From IMG/VR virus record IMGVR_UViG_3300032294_002877, positions 116,461 through 180,460 of that record: a stretch of 64,000 bases of DNA; one strand, written 5' to 3'. Origin of the DNA: a virus. Shown here piece after piece: positions 38,086-49,200 of this stretch. The notes below the pieces were generated by a model that was not told the origin of the DNA, made no database searches, and was given only the letters and a program-made list of their open reading frames with translations. A program made the translations under genes and the position numbers. The first letter of the stretch is position 1. Each line of letters opens with the position of its first letter.

Positions 38086-38844
38086 CTATATATTTTCTAT
38101 CACTATTGATCTATTTTCTGTTAGATTATCATTAGTGTAATTATGAATAGTGTAAGCTAGTAAATTATTCGATATGCTACATTTATAAATATCATAACCT
38201 TGATTATTTGTAACTATTCTATTAAGAGAGAAATCGCTATTTAGCAAGTACGATACATATTTTCTTGTAAAGTCTTTAGCAGTCACGATTATTTTGTCAC
38301 TATTGAAAACTGATGAAACTCTCAATATCTCTACCATATCTAGATTACTATTTATTGTATTTGTTCTATTAGTATCAAGATTTTTTATCATAAGACGATC
38401 TTGATTAAGTTCTTTCTCGATAAATATTAAATTATTATTAGAGACAGTACCACTGAATGTTTTTTGTACTATTTGAAAATCTCTGATATTATGAAAATTA
38501 GTATTGTCAGCAATAAAACTGCATAAATAATATACTATAGGACTATCACAACTTTCCATAAATCCAGCGGTATAGTATATTTTAATATAATTATTACTTA
38601 CAATAATTTGAGGATTACATTCAATTATGACATTACCTAAATCTTTATGACTTTTTATAGTATTAACAACAAAAGATTCTGAGTTATCTATATTATAAGA
38701 ATAAATTTTCCACGGTTTTACAGAATAAGGTTGGTCTCCAAATTTTAAATTGATGCTTTTATTTGCATAACAATATAGCATTTTATCGATTTCGCCATCC
38801 TTAAATAGATATGGCTGGCTACTATTGTGAATTATTTTTGTCAT
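38086..38844 (-). CDS. hypothetical beta-rich protein (252 aa)
   Basis: SD AAAGGA upstream; short beta-strand pattern, possibly propeller-like. Confidence 0.7.
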   Translation of the reverse strand: MTKIIHNSSQPYLFKDGEIDKMLYCYANKSINLKFGDQPYSVKPWKIYSYNIDNSESFVVNTIKSHKDLGNVIIECNPQIIVSNNYIKIYYTAGFMESCDSPIVYYLCSFIADNTNFHNIRDFQIVQKTFSGTVSNNNLIFIEKELNQDRLMIKNLDTNRTNTINSNLDMVEILRVSSVFNSDKIIVTAKDFTRKYVSYLLNSDFSLNRIVTNNQGYDIYKCSISNNLLAYTIHNYTNDNLTENRSIVIENI

Positions 38845-38862
38845 TTGGAGCTGTTCCTTTGA

Positions 38863-41478
38863 TTATGGAATATCTAATAACAATAGCTCTGTGCAGTATG
38901 GCGATTTATAGCTAAATACCAAATTAATATCTCCAGGATTATTAAATGGTCCGGAAATCGAGTTCTGTCCCTCTATAACAAAATATTGAGGCTCGTCATT
39001 GTTATTATATATTGTTGTGGCATACTTCTGAATTTTGGATAAGTCTATAAGAGTGAAAGGTTTATAAGATTGTTTGGGGAATGGCTTGTTTGGTAAGTTA
39101 GCAGAAAAATCATTACTATATCTACTATAAGATTTAGTTATTCTTAGTTCGTTAATATATCCTTTAAGGTGTTTGCGTAAACCATTAAAATATGGATAGT
39201 TTCCGATCTCTAAAACAACACCACTAGAAATTGCAAGACTACTATTAAGTGCTCCTACTATGGCGCCATTTACAAATAATTTAATACTTGTTCCGGTTCT
39301 AGTAACAGCTATATGGACCCATTCTTCTATTGATGGAGTATAAGCGCTATTTATAGTAACCGACCAATTCGGATATCCAATAGAAGACCCATAGAAATAC
39401 AAAGATCCGTCCTTTAATGTCAACAACCATCCTGTAGCATCTGCATTGTTGTATGTGGAAATTAAGGCTTGAGTCCCCTCATTATTCAAGAAATAGAACC
39501 AACCCTCTATAGTAAAATCAGCATCAAAAGCCAAAGAAACTCCAGCATCACTGATGGAATATCCTCCATCTTTGTATGATCCAGATATAGCATCATATAA
39601 ATTAGGAGACGATACTGTATTAAAGTTTGTGTTTATAAATTTTCTTCCATAGTTAGAAAAATCTATAATACTATTATTTCTATAAGATACTAATAAAGAC
39701 ACATTATCAAATATATTATCTGATATATTTGGATTATATGGTTCGTTATTGGGTTGTAGTATTCTGAATCCAAGAGGATCCGAATTCAGTATAGTGGTTT
39801 TGACAGATAGGGCTCCTATGTTGTCTGATCTTTCCGTATCGTTTGTTGCTAGTTGTAAATAACCCTCTGATTTAGATAGAGCTTTTAGATACTCTCCTAT
39901 ATAGAAAGGCTCTCCATCCAATCCTATTCTTCCTATTAAGGACTGATGAGGGAATCTGGTATCGATAGAAGCTCCACTAAAACTGACACCGGTTGCTGTG
40001 GCCATATCTCCACTATTATTCCATCTAAAAGATCCTGTAGCTTCTATGAGCATTCTAGCATTATTTGATACATATGCCCCTGTATTTTGCCAGCTTTGTG
40101 TACTGCTAATAGAATGAACGTTAGTTTCAGAAACCTTGGTAATATTGATAGTATTGATTGTATTTTTCTTTATTACATTATTTAATGTACTATTTGTGAC
40201 ATTAGAGCTAAAAATAATTTTTAAATCATAACCAACACCAACGCCATAGTTATCGATTACTGCAAGAGTAAATGAGTCAGTATCACACACAAAAGAATAA
40301 TCAACAGCACCAGCAGATGCACATGGTTGTGGATTAACCGGCGTCCCATTAACTATCAAATTATCGTCTGCACTACCAACTATTCTTACTGTGGCCGGAA
40401 GAGTGATTCCTTCCGGAATACTAATAGTAGACAATCCATATATCGAAGTTTCGCACGAAGTGGGATTGTTAACAACAGGCTGGCCAAAATTGTAATGTTG
40501 GGATATACTAGACTTAATACCAGAAATAGACACCGCAGGAATCTCATAACATAATCCTGTTAGATCTGTTCGTATAACTAACGGATCTGTTATATCTCCT
40601 GGTCTTACATGATTAAGTATTAGTTGACCATTCATATCTATATTTACAGGACATATAGGATGGTATCTATTAAATACATGATCACTATTTCCTACTAAAG
40701 ATATCCAAGATTCAGACGTTACCCAGGTATTGTTGCTGTGGAATTGCAACTGCATATATCCTGGGTAGCTCTCGGTATTTGGACCATAACTCGCCGGTAA
40801 TCCTACTGGAGAACCATCGATGATATTTCCGCTAAGATATACTTTATTATGACCAACTTCAATAATTCTCCACTGAGTACCGTTAGCGGTTTTGTTGATT
40901 TTAAAGATCTCTACTGAAGACTGATGGTCTATGGATATAGATCCTCCTTGAATAGCTTTTTGCGGATCAATAGGATCCCAAGGAATATCGAATATACCTA
41001 TAGGATCATCAACCTCTTTTGGTATAACCGTAATATTAATATTATTTGTTGTTCCTGCACTTTCAATAGAAGATATAGTATTATCGTATAATAATACTAA
41101 ACATCTGTACTTATAATTATTTTGACTGAATAATATATTTTTAATTTGTAAATTAGCTGTGATATTTTTACTATTAGCTATATTAAATTCTGATAACTCT
41201 AAATCAACAAGCTCGTCTTTTAAAGACGAATATAATATTGTCTTATTGGTATTATTTACAGATAATGGATGTATTGATTCTCCATACGGTATATCTCTCC
41301 ATGTGATTCCATCGGCAGATTCTTGCCATCTATATATTAAAAATCTTTGTGATGCTCTTGAATCAACCCATATAAAAGATATTCTTGCTGACAGATCCAC
41401 AGTGTTTCCTGCTGTGGTTGTCAAAGCAGTAGACTCTGCTGTTGCTAAAATAGTATTAGATGTATAAATTTGTGTCAT
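38863..41478 (-). CDS. putative adhesin/fibre: Ig-like + PA-IL(LecA)-like lectin + LamG domain
   Basis: YRWQES...YKYRC (Ig); WQNTGAYV...IEATGSFRW...SLIGRIG...LQLATND..RSDNIGALSV (PA-IL-like); DFTIEGWFYF...WVHIAVTR...KGYINELRITK (LamG). Confidence 0.75.
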   Translation of the reverse strand: MTQIYTSNTILATAESTALTTTAGNTVDLSARISFIWVDSRASQRFLIYRWQESADGITWRDIPYGESIHPLSVNNTNKTILYSSLKDELVDLELSEFNIANSKNITANLQIKNILFSQNNYKYRCLVLLYDNTISSIESAGTTNNINITVIPKEVDDPIGIFDIPWDPIDPQKAIQGGSISIDHQSSVEIFKINKTANGTQWRIIEVGHNKVYLSGNIIDGSPVGLPASYGPNTESYPGYMQLQFHSNNTWVTSESWISLVGNSDHVFNRYHPICPVNIDMNGQLILNHVRPGDITDPLVIRTDLTGLCYEIPAVSISGIKSSISQHYNFGQPVVNNPTSCETSIYGLSTISIPEGITLPATVRIVGSADDNLIVNGTPVNPQPCASAGAVDYSFVCDTDSFTLAVIDNYGVGVGYDLKIIFSSNVTNSTLNNVIKKNTINTINITKVSETNVHSISSTQSWQNTGAYVSNNARMLIEATGSFRWNNSGDMATATGVSFSGASIDTRFPHQSLIGRIGLDGEPFYIGEYLKALSKSEGYLQLATNDTERSDNIGALSVKTTILNSDPLGFRILQPNNEPYNPNISDNIFDNVSLLVSYRNNSIIDFSNYGRKFINTNFNTVSSPNLYDAISGSYKDGGYSISDAGVSLAFDADFTIEGWFYFLNNEGTQALISTYNNADATGWLLTLKDGSLYFYGSSIGYPNWSVTINSAYTPSIEEWVHIAVTRTGTSIKLFVNGAIVGALNSSLAISSGVVLEIGNYPYFNGLRKHLKGYINELRITKSYSRYSNDFSANLPNKPFPKQSYKPFTLIDLSKIQKYATTIYNNNDEPQYFVIEGQNSISGPFNNPGDINLVFSYKSPYCTELLLLDIP

Positions 41479-41481
41479 TAT

Positions 41482-44400
41482 TTATTCCTCTACCGTAATA
41501 GTAGAAAAGGCGTCTTGTATGACCACCCTGTATTTTTCTAAATTATTTGTATAGTTAAGATTATCTAACAATAGTATTGATCCTGTAGCATCCGGAATAT
41601 TCTCATACTGATTAGTATTATAGGTAAAATTATATGTATTATCTATTATAGCATCTGGTATAAATGATACCATATATTTTGCAACACCTATGGTGATCTT
41701 TACATTATCAACAAATCCTTTCATTCCATAGTTAGTTTCTGCTGTACTGATAGATGTAGAGCTAGATGCTCCTATGACCACATAAGGAGCAGAGTCATCG
41801 AGAGGATCTCCGTTAGTGAAATCGCCTATTAGAATACCGTCTCTAAATAATCTATACGTATTATTATGTCTAGACAATGCCACATGATGCCACTGATTTG
41901 GTTCTATATTTTCTAGATTTGCGGAATCATCTATCCAGTCGTCTCTCCATGTTGATCCTATTTTTGCTCTAAATTTTGTTGCACTAATCACCCAACCATT
42001 ATCTCCATAGTCTGGCCACGATTTATTTATTCTACGAGAAATACCAGCCATATCACTGTTATACTCTGTTGGTCTATACCAATATTCTATTGTAAAATTT
42101 TTATTTAATAATTGTAGTTTATTTCCTGTGTCCAATACTCTCATATGAGTATATATATCGTTGAACTTAGCGCTCGTTGGACCAGATATAAACGAGGTAT
42201 TGGATAGAGATATATCTCCACTCATATAGAGGTCATTATTTCTATATAAGCCTACTGGTATTTTATTTTTACTAGAATCAATGAATACCTTTGATGTATT
42301 AGAGCCATTCATATCTAGATTCAGGGCTACGCTATCATAAAAAATATCATTATTTACTAATTGATAATTTAGGGTATTTTTTGTTGTTTTAGAAACTTGC
42401 CATTGGTAAGTTAATGGAAGATATTGACTAGTAGCATCTATGGATAATTCTATTGCATTATTAGGATAGTTTATTCTCTTAACTTTGGGCAAATTCTTAT
42501 TAAGAAAAATTGTTTGTGGATTTACTAATAAAGTAGCTGTATTAGACACAACCTGTCGCGCTCCATCTACGTTAAGTTTAGCTCTGTATTTTATTCCGCT
42601 ATCGATTGGAGATAGAGACAGATTAATCAGACTAGACTCCGCTCCGCTAACAGCAGCAAAAACCGATGAGTTCGGGTCGGATTTTTCCCATGAGTATTTT
42701 ATAGTTCCTCCAGTAGTGGCTCCACTTACCGATAGCGTTGTGTTGTAACCTTCTAAACTGTACACAGAGTCTAAATCTTGGGTTAAACTGACTTGAGGAG
42801 TAGTATCAACGTATGCGGATGAACTAAATAAAAATCCCCTATCGTCTGTTAGTTCGGCCCTGTAATAGGTATTATCGTCCGCTAAAGTTAGATTATCTAT
42901 TGTGATGGACGAGCCTGTAGCATTTACAATATCCGTATATATTCCTTTTTGGGTATTGGATTTCTGCCACTGATAACTTAATGGAGGATTTGTTGTAGAG
43001 GCATTTACCGAAAAAGTCGCAGTACCGCTAATAGAAACGGTATTAGCTGGTTGAGAATTTACAACTATAGTATTGGGAACTGATAGTTTTGCACTATTTG
43101 TATAAATAATATTGTTTTTAATATTTGATATTAATTTTGCTCTAAATAGCTTATTATCATCTGCAATCTTTAAATTTGTAAGATTTAAAATACCACTAGT
43201 TATTAAGTTTCCATAAGGAGCATAAGTTGCGCCATTATCTACAGATACTTCCCATTGATATTTCAGTCCTCCGTTATCACAAACTCCGGAAGTTTGGAAA
43301 GTTGCTGTTTCAGATAATGATGCTGTCTGGTTGGTTGGTTGCAGCACAACTGATAGTTTGGGATTAATTGTTAGTTTACTTCCTGGAGATGTGTATTTTT
43401 CTCCTGCTCCGTCCTGAACTATAACCCTATATAAATCTGCATCATCTTGTTCAGTCAAGTTTGTTAATACTAACGATGAAAGATTTCCGCTCGGTACAGA
43501 GTTGTAATTTTTTCCGCTATCATCAGACTTCTCCCACTTGTAAACTAATGGACTAACTCCCGTAGCCAATACCGAAAATACAGCCTCCAAGTTTACAGCA
43601 GATTGATCAGAAGGTGGACGAGAAATCTTTAGAGTATCAGGAATAACCAGTTTAGCAGCATTAGATGTGATATTGTTATCAATTACTACTCTATACAGAC
43701 TGTTATTTTCGCCATTTGAAACAATTAAATTATTAGTATTTGTTTGCGATATATTTGACCAAGTAACACCTTTATCGATAGATTTTTGCCACTGATAAAC
43801 AGTACCGTCAGAAAATTGAGTAATCACACTGAATGTCGCTGTTGATTGGTTATTGACAACAAGAGCAGATGTATCTTGTGGATGTTTAACAATAGTGTTT
43901 ATTCTGACTGGTACTACTTCTTTTACCTCGGCCTGATTATTTGTGTTATTATCAATTGGTATTTTTTTACCGTTTAACAGTAGAGATAATTCATTCCAGA
44001 ATTTGGAATTATTCTTGATGTTTTCTGTAATTTTAGACAATCCTTCTTCGCTATATACCGATTTAACTATCTGTATATTGGTGACAGATCCATCTGATTT
44101 TGTCCATGATCTGGCTAAATCCGGAGATGTTGAAGCACCAGAAGAAGACGCATAAATCAATTCGATAGGATTTCTGCCGGTACCAGTGAGATTTTTATCA
44201 AGAGTTATTACGCTTCCATTGATTGCTGATATGTTTGCGGTGTCCGTTAGCGAGCCCGGGATTCTTATCTGTTGACCAATATAAAAATCTTGGCTATTAA
44301 AATTTTCCGGCATAGTTACCGTATTAGAACCAGATACAGTATTAACAAAATATCCGAATGTGGCAGAGCCGTCACCTGTAATTGACCCGTTCGATATTGT

Positions 44401-46215
44401 GATTTCTGCTGTTATATTTTCCTGTTTTCTGTTTTCCCCGTGAGGTGTTCTTGGATCCCATATTTCTGTGAATACTATACTAGAAATAACAGGATTACCT
44501 GTAATAACTGCAGATTTAACTCCAAGACCAACCGATAGACTTTCAGCATCTATATATTTAGAAAAACTTATACTAAACTTAGAATTAGAAACTCTTTTAA
44601 ACTGAACTCCGGACAAAGTTCTTGTTCCAATATTCCATGAATTGCCTATATCTAGTATAGAATATGCACTATTATCTTTATTATATCTTATAGCGCTTTT
44701 ACTGTCTTTACTGTGTGATATATACAAACCATCAATATTTTTTCCAGCTCCAATAATTCTAAGGTTTTCGGTTTCAAAATCCTCTCTAATTAATCCGTAA
44801 GGAGCCAAACCAATACCTATACCATCAGCTGTAATGAATCCTATATACGGCCAACCAATATTGGTAAATAATGGATTTCTCTTAAGATATTCGATCAAAG
44901 ACTTACACATCCAATACCACACTCCTCCAATAACAATATTAAGATTTTGGGTTTTGGAGATATTATCAGATTCGATACCTGTCCATCTTAATCTAAAGTC
45001 TCCTGATGACCCCTCAATCCGTAGCAAATCCATAATATTAAATTTGCCATTTTGTATTGTCTGAACAATTTGTCCGTTTTCCTTTTGAATATATGTTACT
45101 TTTTCTATCGAGTACGGAGCAGATAGTCCAAATGATCCTGTATTTTTACAGGCAACAATGTGTTCGGTATTGGTATCTAAATTTTTAACATATACCATTA
45201 TAATTTCTTTATGGCCATTAGATATAGGATTATCATCAAAACCATATGTCCAATCTTTGATGCCCGGCCCTAACATACGATAATGAGGGTCTCCGCCACC
45301 ACCGCCACCACAATTTAAGCACGGTGTTGGGGTGTATGCTCTTGCTGTAATACTTGTAACGGATGATCTCGTGTCTGATATTATTACTCTGAATTGATCG
45401 CTATTAGCAGCATTAGATATAATAAAATTTTGCGAATATAGTCTTGATGAAATGCTTATATCAGATGTGGTTGTGGTGGCGGCGCCTGTTGTGTTTGTCC
45501 ATACTCCATTAACCAATTTCTGCCATGTAAAAGTTACCTGAGGATAAGTCGTATTCGGAAAGGTCTGCAAAGCAGATACTTGTGCAGAAATATTGAAGGT
45601 GACGGAGTTGCTATTGATTGTACTATCAGAAATATTGTTTGTAATAATTACGGTTTGACCGGGCACTATGACCTGTAATGCGGCAAGATTTGACGACTTT
45701 GTTATTGGAGCTGTTCCACAACATTGAGCCGAAGCAACAACTCTATATTGAGTATTATTATCGTTAATAGATGACAGATTAGTTAAACTCAATGTTGGCG
45801 TCCTTGATCCACTCACCTTTCCTGCTTCATCCTGTAAATTTAAGAAGCATGGATCAGAAATGCCTGGGGAACACAGTGTTCTTTTTTGCCACTGATACGA
45901 CAATACTCCAGTATTAACAGATCCCGAAACAGAAAATGCTGCGCTGGTGTTTGATGTATTAACATCTTGCACTGTACTGAGTGTTATTGTCGGCACAGTA
46001 AATAAAGTTGCTGCTCTACTAATAATCGGAGGAATATCATAGTCTGTACTCCCTATAATAACTCTATATTTTTTTGCATTTTCTTCTGGTGTTAAAGTCT
46101 TTAATATAAGAGTATTTGTATTAAGGCCTTCGTATAGTATACTATTAGCCGGAATATCTACGAATACAGAACCGGTACTGTCTGTTGATACTTGCCATTT
46201 ATAAGTTAATGCCAT
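41482..46215 (-). CDS. Ig-repeat fibre protein (about 9 Ig-like domains) with GDPH-initiated domain and LamG
   Basis: Nine Y/F-x-W-[QE]-[KV]-S-type strands with matching YR(V/A) strands; GGGGGGDPHY; FTIEYWYRP...WHHVALSR...GFVDNVKITIG. Confidence 0.8.
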   Translation of the reverse strand: MALTYKWQVSTDSTGSVFVDIPANSILYEGLNTNTLILKTLTPEENAKKYRVIIGSTDYDIPPIISRAATLFTVPTITLSTVQDVNTSNTSAAFSVSGSVNTGVLSYQWQKRTLCSPGISDPCFLNLQDEAGKVSGSRTPTLSLTNLSSINDNNTQYRVVASAQCCGTAPITKSSNLAALQVIVPGQTVIITNNISDSTINSNSVTFNISAQVSALQTFPNTTYPQVTFTWQKLVNGVWTNTTGAATTTTSDISISSRLYSQNFIISNAANSDQFRVIISDTRSSVTSITARAYTPTPCLNCGGGGGGDPHYRMLGPGIKDWTYGFDDNPISNGHKEIIMVYVKNLDTNTEHIVACKNTGSFGLSAPYSIEKVTYIQKENGQIVQTIQNGKFNIMDLLRIEGSSGDFRLRWTGIESDNISKTQNLNIVIGGVWYWMCKSLIEYLKRNPLFTNIGWPYIGFITADGIGIGLAPYGLIREDFETENLRIIGAGKNIDGLYISHSKDSKSAIRYNKDNSAYSILDIGNSWNIGTRTLSGVQFKRVSNSKFSISFSKYIDAESLSVGLGVKSAVITGNPVISSIVFTEIWDPRTPHGENRKQENITAEITISNGSITGDGSATFGYFVNTVSGSNTVTMPENFNSQDFYIGQQIRIPGSLTDTANISAINGSVITLDKNLTGTGRNPIELIYASSSGASTSPDLARSWTKSDGSVTNIQIVKSVYSEEGLSKITENIKNNSKFWNELSLLLNGKKIPIDNNTNNQAEVKEVVPVRINTIVKHPQDTSALVVNNQSTATFSVITQFSDGTVYQWQKSIDKGVTWSNISQTNTNNLIVSNGENNSLYRVVIDNNITSNAAKLVIPDTLKISRPPSDQSAVNLEAVFSVLATGVSPLVYKWEKSDDSGKNYNSVPSGNLSSLVLTNLTEQDDADLYRVIVQDGAGEKYTSPGSKLTINPKLSVVLQPTNQTASLSETATFQTSGVCDNGGLKYQWEVSVDNGATYAPYGNLITSGILNLTNLKIADDNKLFRAKLISNIKNNIIYTNSAKLSVPNTIVVNSQPANTVSISGTATFSVNASTTNPPLSYQWQKSNTQKGIYTDIVNATGSSITIDNLTLADDNTYYRAELTDDRGFLFSSSAYVDTTPQVSLTQDLDSVYSLEGYNTTLSVSGATTGGTIKYSWEKSDPNSSVFAAVSGAESSLINLSLSPIDSGIKYRAKLNVDGARQVVSNTATLLVNPQTIFLNKNLPKVKRINYPNNAIELSIDATSQYLPLTYQWQVSKTTKNTLNYQLVNNDIFYDSVALNLDMNGSNTSKVFIDSSKNKIPVGLYRNNDLYMSGDISLSNTSFISGPTSAKFNDIYTHMRVLDTGNKLQLLNKNFTIEYWYRPTEYNSDMAGISRRINKSWPDYGDNGWVISATKFRAKIGSTWRDDWIDDSANLENIEPNQWHHVALSRHNNTYRLFRDGILIGDFTNGDPLDDSAPYVVIGASSSTSISTAETNYGMKGFVDNVKITIGVAKYMVSFIPDAIIDNTYNFTYNTNQYENIPDATGSILLLDNLNYTNNLEKYRVVIQDAFSTITVEE

Positions 46216-46246
46216 AAATTAAGCCTTATTATAGATATCTCTAATA

Positions 46247-49200
46247 TTAGTTACACCTTGATGTATAAATTCTGCCAAGCACAAGGTTTTGAGTTTGATT
46301 TACAGAATATGCGCTAAGAATTAATCTATTACTATCGATACTACTAACAATCTTTCGTCCAACAACATTAATCGCGGGATCTGTATCATCGTTTATTTTT
46401 TGTGATATTGTCCACGTATTACCTTGGTCCAAACTTACATAGGCAAAAACAGCAGATACACCAATTATTCTTGTACCATTATTATTACTTTTTATATATC
46501 CAACGATAGGTATAGGCTTAATAGTATAGGTTTCTCCGCCATCCAAACTAATAAATAGTTGATTTGTATTATTTTGTGTGAATGTGCGAGTTATTACCAT
46601 TCCATTATCCGATATTGTTATAGGATTATTATAATCAAATACAATATTTTGTGCTATCTCATTCCATGTTATACCGCCGTCTATACTTCTATATATAGGA
46701 TATCGGTTATACCATGAAGGACCTCTATCTAATACCGCAATCAGTTTAGTGCCATCCTTGCTCATTGCAATTTGAGTCCATTCTAGATTATTTATAGGAT
46801 TTGGAGCGGTTATACTATTAGTCCAGTTTACGCCGCCATCTGAACTCCTGAGAATATAACTTAAGAAGCCACCTGGATCATTTGCGCTTCTAGTAACTAT
46901 TACTGCTACTTTCGAACCGTCACTACTACATACTATATTACCAGTATAAAATCTTCTTACAATATTGTCATAATATCCTATTGTACTTATAATATTCCAT
47001 GTTGATCCGCCGTCCAAACTTCTCCAAATATAGCTATTATTTGATGCTGCAATTATTATATTGCCATTATCACTCATAGCTACTCCTGTCCAGTCGGTAT
47101 TATAGTTATAAGCCTGACTATTCCCAAATCCTGGAGTCGCAGATGTTGGTGTAGTCCATGTGTCTCCGTTATTAGAACTAATAATTATTCTGCCACTTTT
47201 GCCTTGGTTATAAAGAGTGCTATACTGATCTGGTACATAACTAGATACAGCCGTTATTTTCATACCGTCACTACTACAAGCTATGTCTCCCCATACCTGA
47301 TTAATAGCACTGCTATTGACTTCATATGGAGTAGATTTACGAGACCAGCTCAATCCAGCAATGCAAGGCGGAGTTGGGGTTGGTGTTGGTGTCAAACTTA
47401 TCGATTTTGTTGGCGTAACTGTTTTTGTTGGACTAGGAGTAACTATCGGAGATTTTGTGACGGTAATTGTTGGCGTTATGGTAGGAGTAATAGTTGGGGT
47501 AACGGTAGATGCTGGTGTAGTTGTAGGAGTAATGGTTAATGTTGGCGTTATGGTTGCCGTAACGCTTGGTGTCGGTGTTGGTGTCAGATCTATACCGCTA
47601 GTACAAGATGGTGTTACGGTAACGGTAACGGTTGGAGTTACTGTAGGTGTCACTGTTGGCGTAACAGTGCATGTGGGGGTAGGGGTCGGATTGAGTTCTG
47701 CTACTACGGTAAACGAAGCCCCACTATTAGTAGCATAAGTATCTGTTGGCTGTTGCAATATTACTATCGGTGAATTTGTAAATACATTCAGGGTTACAGT
47801 AGACGATGTTAATACCACGTTTCCAGATGTTAATCTAACATAATATCTATTACCGTTTTGTGCCGATGTAATATTATTAATAGATAATATATTAAGTGTC
47901 GCACCAGTTATAGGATTAAAAGGCCCGTTATTGATCGATTCGAACCACTGGTATGCTATATAAAGCCTGCTTGTGGCTTGTACAGTAAAGTTCGCTATAC
48001 CACCACCATTGTTATCTGCAACCAGAACAATATCAGCATTTCTCGGTTGTTGCGTTATAGTTATTCCATTATTTGTAGGGGTGTTTGTTATTGTAGGAGT
48101 TGGGGTGGGTGTGGATCTTATATCGGTATAACTAATAGCACCCCTATAATCTCCTACTGCTACGAATAAATTATTTTTACTAGCCAATCCTTTCCATGTC
48201 TGACCATTCAATGTAGAAGAATTGACAGTGGTCCAATTTATACCATCGGTAGATTTCCATAATATATTTGTAGATAACGGAGCTTGCGGTATAATTAAAT
48301 ACATACCATTATTATATATAGCGGCTCCTACACTAACAGACGCATTATTTAAAACGGGTAGTGTTCCTTGATTGAAAATAATACCGCTATCATAATTAGA
48401 TGAATAACTAATAGGATCTGTATAAATATACGAAGAACTCGCATTTGAAGCTAGATTAGAGACTATTATAAGGACCCTATTATCGTCCCCGAATAAGATA
48501 TCGGTACGAGATCTGAGTCTTGTTCCTATTTCGAGCGCAGACAATTTGTACATGCTCCAAATTGGTGTTTCTCCCGGTATCATGTTTCCAAAAAAGACAT
48601 AATTGTTACAGACCACAACTGCCAAGCCATCTTTGCGTATTTTAATGGCCGGTATCTCGTTTATATTTTTAGGAAATATATTTTCTACTATATTCGTTTC
48701 GCCTACCCTAGATTCTACTGGCACAATAGAGTCAGATTGAGTCGCATATCTCCAATATCCTGCGTTTGTACCGCCACCCTTATAATATGCCGCTTTATGC
48801 CACTCATTAATATTTGGTAAGAAATAGTGCGGCGAGGAGCCGGTATTTGGATTGGTAGTATTTCTCGTAGGAAATTGTAGAGTAAGGTTATATGCTCCGT
48901 TTTCTGTTGTTGTACTGATTCTATTGCCCACAGGTTTACCATTTGATAGCCAATTACAATATCTAGCCGCATTGTACCAGTTTACAAAATTTATCGGATA
49001 GTTTTCTTTTCCTCGTATAGCAGAATACTCTTGGGTCAAAAGATAAGTAAATAGATTTGTGGAAGCTGATGGCCCATTAGTATTGATATAATATACAGTT
49101 TGGTTGGTAGGATCTATATCAAAGTCATATACTCCCGGTGCTCTTATTGTATCAATTACTGCTAAGGTCTGTAGGTTCAACACCTTGATTCCTTCGTCAC

